Source: a virus (Duplodnaviria; Heunggongvirae; Uroviricota; Caudoviricetes). Taken from it: a DNA stretch of 64,000 nucleotides. Location: IMG/VR virus record IMGVR_UViG_3300028797_000098, positions 38,321-102,320 of that record. The stretch is one strand, 5' to 3'. Below are positions 57,060 through 64,000 of this stretch, piece after piece. Numbering within the stretch: position 1 is the stretch's first letter; the number at the start of each line of letters is the position of its first letter. A model generated the notes under the pieces. That model searched no databases. It was not told the DNA's origin and saw nothing but the letters and a program-made list of their open reading frames with translations. A program made the translations under genes and the position numbers.

Positions 57060-57708
57060 AATAATTCGGTATGCAATTCATTCCCCTAACTACAAACTTG
57101 TGAATAAAATGCCAGGCGTCATTGATTTAACTCATGAAGAACCTGAAGCATATAGTAATTTTAGGTTTAATGAGCATCATTGGACCACAAACTATGTATG
57201 GAATACATTTATTCCACGCTTGTCCAATGATTTATCGTTACATTTTAATCCAGCCGAATTTGTATATATAACCCATGTTACTGATGGACATGATCTTAGT
57301 TATCATATTCCAGCTTCCGATGAAGTGGTTATCGTAAATGATTTGTTTTATGATACAACGACCGCGATGCGGATATCGGAGACTGCATTTAACAAGAATT
57401 TCAAGTCATATTTAGGTTGTTTTACGGATTATCACAAATTATTCATTTGCTCACATAGATGTGCTCACATAGCTAATACAAATAGCGTTACCGATCGTAA
57501 TTTACTATTAAATACCGATTCGATGTCAGTGCCATTGATGCTGTATTTAATGCATAATTTCAAGAATATCTTAATTTTGGATAATAGAACGGAACGTTCG
57601 TATGCGACTCGTATTGATGAGTTTTGCAAACATAGCAATTTAACTTACATGGAATTGTTTATTGCTGATTCATACAACATGCATAAATATGCAACCAACA
57701 TTAAATGA
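57016..57708 (+). CDS. hypothetical protein (glycosyltransferase cluster)
   Basis: 230 aa, AT-rich. Embedded between paralogous glycosyltransferases. Confidence 0.4.
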   Translation: MMHVLKPLGDIMVNKIIRYAIHSPNYKLVNKMPGVIDLTHEEPEAYSNFRFNEHHWTTNYVWNTFIPRLSNDLSLHFNPAEFVYITHVTDGHDLSYHIPASDEVVIVNDLFYDTTTAMRISETAFNKNFKSYLGCFTDYHKLFICSHRCAHIANTNSVTDRNLLLNTDSMSVPLMLYLMHNFKNILILDNRTERSYATRIDEFCKHSNLTYMELFIADSYNMHKYATNIK

Positions 57709-57710
57709 TT

Positions 57711-58388
57711 TTAGGCGAAGCGTTGATCGCGAACCCATTCAGCCACCTTAGCCGAGCCGGTGAGCGGTTTGTCCTCATCATGAAAGTAACATGGAAATGT
57801 AGTTGATATCGCTAATGGCTGGATAACTGCCTTTTGAAATATATTGGCAAAGAATCCATCATCTTGATAGCTTGATGTGGTGTATTGTTCAAATTCACTT
57901 AGTATATAACCAAACAGTGATGGCGGGTATAAAGTCGCTGGACCACATGTGCAAAACGGAATTTTTGATTTTCGATAATTGATTGGTATGTTTGTATTTT
58001 TCAGATGCGCATTATATAGCTCTTGTGCATAGTTGCATACATATATACAATCATCATCTGCGCTAATGATGGGGACTGTTTGATATTTATGCATAGTGAA
58101 GCAAACTTTTTTGAATGATTTGAAATTAGTTTTTACCCATAAAAGTTCTATCTTCTTAGAGTTTGCCAATAGTATGATATCATTTGGCATCTCCAGCATT
58201 TTTTGGGGAAACTCATCGGTCGATAAAACCAGGACAATATGAAACCCAGGGCAATTCGATATGAGACTAAATAAGGTTAGCCCGACGGTTGTAATCCGTG
58301 CTTTCCATGATGTAAGTGATATGATTGCTTGCTCGCCATCATATTGTTTTCCATCAGTACCAATTATTTCGCTATGTATATCTTGCAT
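57711..58388 (-). CDS. putative GT-A-fold glycosyltransferase (inverted paralog)
   Basis: ISLTSWKARITTVGLTLFSLI...IISADDDCIYV parallels 56382-57059. Confidence 0.45.
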   Translation of the reverse strand: MQDIHSEIIGTDGKQYDGEQAIISLTSWKARITTVGLTLFSLISNCPGFHIVLVLSTDEFPQKMLEMPNDIILLANSKKIELLWVKTNFKSFKKVCFTMHKYQTVPIISADDDCIYVCNYAQELYNAHLKNTNIPINYRKSKIPFCTCGPATLYPPSLFGYILSEFEQYTTSSYQDDGFFANIFQKAVIQPLAISTTFPCYFHDEDKPLTGSAKVAEWVRDQRFA

Positions 58389-58489
58389 AATCTGTAGTTT
58401 ATAGAATTAGCTCAGTAGTCTGTATAGTATCATTATCGCCCCGCATAACCCGCCATTCCTTGCGACAGCCACGGGTTGCCGGACGGTGC

Positions 58490-58512
58490 CCAGTTTGCTA
58501 TGTTTTCTATAT
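58490..58512 (+). promoter_or_regulatory. promoter element CCCAGTTTGCTATGTTTTCTAT
   Basis: Immediately upstream of the ATG at 58513. Confidence 0.45.
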
Positions 58513-58906
58513 GAGACATATCAATGCCAAGGAGCTACCCGTAATGCTAAATCAAAATCTTCATAATTTCTTCACCGAAGCAAAAACCGCGCTTGGAATC
58601 CATGGCAGCATTGATGACATGGCTTCTGATATTGGAAAGAAAGTATACCGGGTAGCGAAAGAACTCTCCAGGCAGTACGTCGATGGGACGGTGATGTTTA
58701 AGGACGCGGAGCATACCGACCCATATCAAGAAGTCCACTACAAAATCTCATGGGGCAAAGAACACGGAGAAAAAGTCACTGAAATCTGGGATGATGCAGT
58801 GTTTGCGGATGACGAATTGACTGGCCTATACTGCTTAAACGTTGCGACTGATGAAATGTGCGACGAGTTCGAATACATCAAAGAAATTAAACGAATCAAG
58901 AAGTAG
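58513..58906 (+). CDS. hypothetical protein
   Basis: Alternative start at 58545 after AAGGAG. Confidence 0.4.
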
Positions 58907-58920
58907 TACGTATCCGGCTT

Positions 58921-59931
58921 CTATACCCCGTAGTCATCAAGGTGCTTGATGATTTCTTCGGCGCCGTCATACCCGTCTCTTTCAGTGGCCAGGTTGACAG
59001 CGCGTGCCAGTGAGGCAGCGGTTTGCCAGCACTGTTTCCTGCGTTCCTCGGGGATCCTTCCTTCATTCCTCTTGGAATGGATGAACATGTCGTAAATCTT
59101 CTTGGCCATCTCGTTCGGACTGAGCAGCCAGTTCATACGGATGAAGCTGATGATGTGTCCCTGGACATCGGCGTCGATTTCCCAGGGAAGGAACTCGTGG
59201 TGCAGATGCGGGTCGTATTCTTCGGGCTTGATTCCGTACTTGGCGACTTCCTCCTCGGCGTTAGGCATTTCGCCGCACTTCTCCTGGACGTAGTGTGTCA
59301 GCTCGTGGGTAATCGCTTCAATAGCCGTACCTGTATTCAGGAGGGTCTCGACACCGTCAAGGATGTCAAGTGTCACCCGGTCACTGGTCTTCAGTTCCTG
59401 CATCATTTTCCAGATGCGCATTGCCTTGTCCTTGAGGTAGGCATTCTTGGTGCGTCTGCATTCATGCATCCACTCTGCGGCGAGGTCGGGGATGGTAATC
59501 TGGACCAGGTCCATCCCGACGGAATATTGGGCGCCGGTATCGTTATATTCGTCGGGGACGAGCGATATGCGGATGGTGAGCCCGTTGTCGAAGTTGGCAA
59601 TCTTGTCCAGGTTGTCCGGGTCGGAAAAGTCGAAATCATCCGGGTCGCCCCAGTCGAGATCGGTCAGTTCGTGTTCTGCGATGAAAATCGGTTCGGTAAT
59701 CGGGTCACCGCGCCCGCCGTTGGAGAGGTGCTCCCTTTCCTTCTTAATCCAGTCATTGACACGTCCCATGAGGAGATTGAATTGCTTTCTCACCTCTATG
59801 GCCCTTGCGGTATGGATGGACTCGCATAGGCACCGGAAGCCCTCCTGTAGGGGCTTTGCTGCCTCCATGCAGGCGAATTCGCCGCATACTCTGTCGATGA
59901 AGTTGGAGAACTGTATCTGGGTCTTTTCCAT
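58921..59931 (-). CDS. HExxH-motif protein (putative zinc metallopeptidase)
   Basis: ITHELTHYVQE. 336 aa. Confidence 0.4.
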   Translation of the reverse strand: MEKTQIQFSNFIDRVCGEFACMEAAKPLQEGFRCLCESIHTARAIEVRKQFNLLMGRVNDWIKKEREHLSNGGRGDPITEPIFIAEHELTDLDWGDPDDFDFSDPDNLDKIANFDNGLTIRISLVPDEYNDTGAQYSVGMDLVQITIPDLAAEWMHECRRTKNAYLKDKAMRIWKMMQELKTSDRVTLDILDGVETLLNTGTAIEAITHELTHYVQEKCGEMPNAEEEVAKYGIKPEEYDPHLHHEFLPWEIDADVQGHIISFIRMNWLLSPNEMAKKIYDMFIHSKRNEGRIPEERRKQCWQTAASLARAVNLATERDGYDGAEEIIKHLDDYGV

Positions 59932-59970
59932 AGTAAAACTGCAAGGGTTCGTGACCCTTGCAGTTTATAG

Positions 59971-60318
59971 TTAGAGGCCTTCCTTGCGGCAATATTCCTC
60001 TACCCGTTCCTTGGCTTCGGCGACGTTTCTTAGGCTAATCACTCCCTTCTTTTCAAGGTAGTAGGCGACTGTCAGCCATGTTACGGTCAGCATGTCACGG
60101 TCAGTGTATGGATTGTGGGCAATTCGTGCATTAAGCGTCCATATCTTGTCGAAGTTGCATCCTGCATGTTCCAGTGCCTTCTTGGCGATTTCCTTGGGGC
60201 AGATTTCAAAATCCCATGCCCGTTTTACCCAATCCAGCCCGTGCCTTTCGACGGCATCCATGAATGCCATGTATCTGCGCTGGTCGCGATCGAGTCCGTC
60301 TGTGTCAATTTCACACAT
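59971..60318 (-). CDS. hypothetical protein
   Basis: 115-aa ORF. Confidence 0.45.
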   Translation of the reverse strand: MCEIDTDGLDRDQRRYMAFMDAVERHGLDWVKRAWDFEICPKEIAKKALEHAGCNFDKIWTLNARIAHNPYTDRDMLTVTWLTVAYYLEKKGVISLRNVAEAKERVEEYCRKEGL

Positions 60319-60336
60319 CGAGTTAACTCCTTTGGT

Positions 60337-60726
60337 CTACCATAGGATGACCATCATGATTATCACTATTACTAAAAAGATTCCAAACAATTCCTTGCAA
60401 TCGTCCGATGATATGGACTCGGATGTGGAGTCATCATCGTCATCATCCCGCCATCCCTTGTGGTAGTCATCGGGGAAGTCGGCTTTTGCATCCGGGTCCA
60501 TGAAGGCTTCTTCCGAGTGCCATCCGTCACCGTATTCCACCCAGATGTCATCGTCCTCGTCCTCGAGCTTTTCCCATTCCCAGATGTCGTCATCGTCGCT
60601 CAGCCGGTTCTTGTATTCGTATGTCGGTTCCCGGTCGTCCTCCATGGAGGCGGGTATCCCCGGCATCCTCGATATGAACGGGCTCTCGTAGCCCGGATCA
60701 ATCATTCGTCTATATCTTTTCGCCAT
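60337..60726 (-). CDS. highly acidic protein
   Basis: Asp/Glu/Trp-rich with an N-terminal TM helix. Confidence 0.4.
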   Translation of the reverse strand: MAKRYRRMIDPGYESPFISRMPGIPASMEDDREPTYEYKNRLSDDDDIWEWEKLEDEDDDIWVEYGDGWHSEEAFMDPDAKADFPDDYHKGWRDDDDDDSTSESISSDDCKELFGIFLVIVIIMMVILW

Positions 60727-60894
60727 AGCCTGTCCCAGTATTTCTTCCAGAAGATTTCGTAGCCGGATGGCGTCTTGTCACCGTCGAAGATGCCGGCGAC
60801 ACAGAGAAGCCAGTCGGATTCGTAGTTTTCTAGGTCCTTCATCAGAGTTCCACCTCGACTTCCTTGATTACCTTGCGGAAGTCATCCTTGCATT

Positions 60895-61431
60895 TCATTT
60901 TGTCTGCCAGTCATTGATGATATCAGAGAGCTCCTTACAAGACGCCATCAGCGCCTTGGCTTCTTCTTCCTGATTCTTGATGCGCTTTTGGCACTTCTTG
61001 ATGTCAAGGGAAGCGCCTGCCCTCTCTAGCATCTTGGCGATCCATTCGCCAGACTTCTCGAAGGCGATCTCCTTGAAAGACTTCATGTTCTCCTGAGCGT
61101 AGACTGTGTCGACTCCGCATTCTCGTTCGGGAATGAAGGCTTCCACTCTGTAGGATTTCAGCACCTTTCCAGACCAGTAGTCCTCGTGCTCGTCGAAGGC
61201 CTCGATGAGCTTGATGCCGGACATGGATTCTCTCATGTAGTCGATGAGTTTATCGGATACGAAGTTGTGGTCTCCGTGGTAATTGTCGTATCTCTTCCCG
61301 TCACTCAGCTTTTTGATCTTCTTCGGAAACTTGTACCACAGGTTGAACCGGTAGTTGCTGTTTCCGATTCTCGGGAAGTCGCCACGGACTGGCGCATCTT
61401 CGGCTTCAGGTATTACGTCAAATTTTTCCAT
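60895..61431 (-). CDS. hypothetical protein
   Basis: 178-aa ORF. Confidence 0.45.
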   Translation of the reverse strand: MEKFDVIPEAEDAPVRGDFPRIGNSNYRFNLWYKFPKKIKKLSDGKRYDNYHGDHNFVSDKLIDYMRESMSGIKLIEAFDEHEDYWSGKVLKSYRVEAFIPERECGVDTVYAQENMKSFKEIAFEKSGEWIAKMLERAGASLDIKKCQKRIKNQEEEAKALMASCKELSDIINDWQTK

Positions 61432-61470
61432 TTATTCCTCTCGGGTTTCCAGTTATCCCTCTCGCTCAGC

Positions 61471-61764
61471 CTAATCACGGTATGCCAAGAACGATGGTCT
61501 GTATTTGTCATTGTTGTATGAGCCAAGTTGTTCAAGCTGCGTTTCAGACAGCTTTTCAAACACCGGTGTCATACGGAGAAAGTGAGTCGCATTTGAGAAA
61601 TAGCACACAGGTATTACACCTTCGGGAACGGGTTCATCGTAATAGGTTTCACCCGTTTGCCAGTTTCTATGGCAACTGACGGAAATCACTTCCTTGTCGT
61701 AGATTTCGCAAAGACGTTCTACTTCTTCTTTGCCAAGTTCCATAAGTTCTTTATAGTCTTTCAT
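61471..61764 (-). CDS. hypothetical protein
   Basis: 97-aa ORF. Confidence 0.45.
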   Translation of the reverse strand: MKDYKELMELGKEEVERLCEIYDKEVISVSCHRNWQTGETYYDEPVPEGVIPVCYFSNATHFLRMTPVFEKLSETQLEQLGSYNNDKYRPSFLAYRD

Positions 61765-61772
61765 AAATCCTC

Positions 61773-62103
61773 CTAGTGGATTTGTTGTAAGAGTTGTTCA
61801 ACGGAACTTCCGGCCTTGTGTTCTAGGTCCAGCAGGGATGTCAGGTAAAGCACGACATCCAGCGCTGCCTTGATTTCGACCATGTGGTCCTTGTCGGTCC
61901 CTATCTTGACTACGTGTCTGGCGTTGAAGTTGAGGGTCCCCACGGTATTGGTCAGGACGGACACCCGGCATGATGACTCGGGTAACTGGACGATGGGACA
62001 GTCGAGTAAGACAGTCACGGGAATGTTCTGCTCGAACGATACGAGGGTGCCTACGATGACACAGCCGTCACCCAGATGGACAATAAGGGGGATATTGGTC
62101 ATG
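61773..62103 (-). CDS. hypothetical protein
   Basis: AAGGAGAACCC then ATG on the minus strand. ATGA overlap with the upstream gene. Confidence 0.45.
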
Positions 62104-62917
62104 GGTTCTCCTTGTACATGTTGAAAATCTCGGCGAACTGTTCCTGCCGGCGTGCAAGCTGGCGTGCGTTGCCCCTGGCGAGCCATTCGTCGAACTCGGG
62201 GTCCTTCTTGTACTTTTCCTTTGAGGTGGCGTCGAGCATCGCCGCATTGGAATCCTGGCAGAGCTTAACGAAGTCGATGAAGCCCTGGTCGGTCTCGCTC
62301 CCGAAGGTGTAGGTCCTGTCGTACAGGTCAATGACGACCTTCATGCCATCCACGCGGACGTGGCCGATTTCGCCATCGTAGTAGTGCGAGGCTTCGCCGG
62401 TATAGATTGTGAGCTCGTCCTTCTTCATGTTCGGGACGATGCCCGCGTGGCGGTTGCGCTTGAAGTCCCATTCCAGTTCGAGCTTGCGGTGGATTGCGCT
62501 GAATATGGCCAGCTTGAAGGGAGGGACATGGTCCTTGTCGTACCATCCGGAGCCATAGTCGCCAATCTTGCGCGTGTATCCCTGTTCGCGGAGGTAGTCA
62601 TCGACGCTTCCCTCGTGGAACGGCTCGATGTCGAGGTATTCCCACTTCTCGTTGATCTTGGCGACCCTCTTGCAGTTCAGGTCCTTCAACAGGGTATTGT
62701 CCCATGTGTGCCAGTAGGCGTCATAGGAATCCTTGCCGTACTCGACCTTGTGGCCGGTGCTGTCCACTTCGAGCGCCTTGTCGAACAGTGGGCACACGTA
62801 TCCCCATTGCGGGGTGGTGTCGAGCATCTTCTTGGTAAGGAAGCGGTAGGAGGAGAGCTTGTCTTCCCCGGTGACACCACCGGACAAGATGTACATTTTG
62901 TTTAGAATTCTTCCCAT
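62099..62917 (-). CDS. hypothetical protein
   Basis: 272 aa. Minus-strand promoter-like CATTTTGCTATATTTG at 63051-63066. Confidence 0.5.
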   Translation of the reverse strand: MGRILNKMYILSGGVTGEDKLSSYRFLTKKMLDTTPQWGYVCPLFDKALEVDSTGHKVEYGKDSYDAYWHTWDNTLLKDLNCKRVAKINEKWEYLDIEPFHEGSVDDYLREQGYTRKIGDYGSGWYDKDHVPPFKLAIFSAIHRKLELEWDFKRNRHAGIVPNMKKDELTIYTGEASHYYDGEIGHVRVDGMKVVIDLYDRTYTFGSETDQGFIDFVKLCQDSNAAMLDATSKEKYKKDPEFDEWLARGNARQLARRQEQFAEIFNMYKENP

Positions 62918-63105
62918 AGTTTCATAACCCTGCCCTTATAGGCTGTGACTGCTGAATACTGAATGTACATATTCAAACTGCTGTCGCATGTATTCGGCAA
63001 ATTGCCCCATTGTCCATTTTTGACATCTCAAAATCATATAAAACTATTGACAAATATAGCAAAATGAAGTATATTTGCAATAGAATTGCCTAAGAAATCG
63101 AAAAA

Positions 63106-64000
63106 ATGAAGACGGTTAAGCTGACAATAAGCAACAGGATAGATGTGCTGGACGACATGCGTGTGTTCAGTAGTATAGTCCACGTTGCCTACAACCGTTA
63201 TCAGGATGGGATGGACGAGAAGGAAGTCCGTGCGTACTGTAATAATTTATTTGCAACGAACCGTTGGTTCATCCAGTGTGCGATCAAGGAAGCGGCTGCC
63301 TTGCATAAATTAAACGGGGATACGCGAATACTGTTCGGCGGCAAGAACAACCTTCACCAGTACCTTACCGGGATTATAGACAAGCTAACATTCAAATATC
63401 GTAGGATGTTTCCTGTAGGAATACAGGGTCAGGCGAACTATCAAGGAAATCGTCTATTTGATTTCGACTTAAATAACCAGAAGATTTTGTACAAGCCATG
63501 CCGGGGCAGGCATGTTGACATAGAATTTCTTCCGATGCGGAAGAAGATAGCAAACGAGCTTGCGAAGGTGCAGGAGCTTGCGGAGCAAAACAAGATAACG
63601 GTATCGGTTAAGTTGTCTGAAAAGTACGTATGGCTTACTTACGATGAGAGTCTGATATACGATGCGAGGTTCAAGAAGCTTAAGCGTAACCGAATACTGG
63701 GTATCGACATGAATCCCAGCTATATCGGGCTTTCCGTAATAGAGTTCGACAAGAACGATGAATTCAGGGTGCTTCACAAGCGTGTATTCGATTTGAGCAA
63801 ATTAACGGTATCCTCCGGCAAGGCAAGCAGCGATTCCGCATCCAAGTACATTACGAACAAGCTAAGGCACGAGACGATTGCGATTGCACACGAGATTTCC
63901 CGACTTGTGGATGTGTGGAAATGCAGGACGGTCGCCATTGAGGATCTAAGCATCAAGCCGAAGGATCACAAGAAAGGCAAGAAGGTAAACCGGCTATGCA
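63106..64000 (+). CDS. tnpB: TnpB-like RuvC nuclease, 3' end outside window
   Basis: Open frame runs from the ATG at 63106 to the window end, so the stop-requiring ORF track misses it. RuvC-I ILGIDMNPSYIG and RuvC-II IAIEDLSIK. Confidence 0.55.
   Translation, partial: MKTVKLTISNRIDVLDDMRVFSSIVHVAYNRYQDGMDEKEVRAYCNNLFATNRWFIQCAIKEAAALHKLNGDTRILFGGKNNLHQYLTGIIDKLTFKYRRMFPVGIQGQANYQGNRLFDFDLNNQKILYKPCRGRHVDIEFLPMRKKIANELAKVQELAEQNKITVSVKLSEKYVWLTYDESLIYDARFKKLKRNRILGIDMNPSYIGLSVIEFDKNDEFRVLHKRVFDLSKLTVSSGKASSDSASKYITNKLRHETIAIAHEISRLVDVWKCRTVAIEDLSIKPKDHKKGKKVNRLC

Noticed and set aside
59023-59829. 268-aa plus-strand ORF
   Set aside because: Antisense to the HExxH protein gene. The minus-strand gene fits the surrounding minus-strand block.
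62360-62905. 181-aa plus-strand ORF
   Set aside because: Antisense to 62099-62917 (-), which has the upstream promoter-like motif and operon overlap.
1-64000. CRISPR array or alternative genetic code
   Set aside because: No short direct-repeat/spacer array was seen. ORFs are long and contiguous under the standard code, and no suppressor-anticodon tRNA was found.

Overview
This 64-kb window looks like the accessory and nucleotide-metabolism region of a large dsDNA phage or prophage. Most genes are short, tightly packed and on the + strand, with two minus-strand islands. GC is about 48%. A Fib_succ_major (TIGR02145-like) domain protein, Bacteroidota-style TAnnTTTG promoter elements and a lipoprotein signal point to a Fibrobacter or other FCB-group host. 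Main content: a 5'-truncated NAD+-dependent DNA ligase; a ~3.5-kb array of 34 tRNAs (5921-9459) plus an isolated tRNA-Gly(CCC), none with an encoded CCA; an EF-Ts N-terminal-domain mini-protein inside the array; three tandem paralogous radical-SAM genes flanked by a small Lys/Ala-rich protein and a CoaE-like kinase; a CCA-adding enzyme; a macro/PARG-like DUF2263 protein; a Pol-beta nucleotidyltransferase; dUTPase; an HD hydrolase; an NMN adenylyltransferase-Nudix fusion; NAMPT (NadV); RNA 2'-phosphotransferase KptA/Tpt1 on the minus strand; a complete IS605-family tnpB-only element and a second, different tnpB running off the window end; a cluster of four putative glycosyltransferases; and many small ORFs of unknown function. 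A recurrent hairpin plus TTTGCTAYATTT promoter cassette precedes many genes, often only 5-10 nt before the ATG. All calls were made by eye. tRNA and CDS boundaries need tRNAscan-SE or ARAGORN and homology searches.
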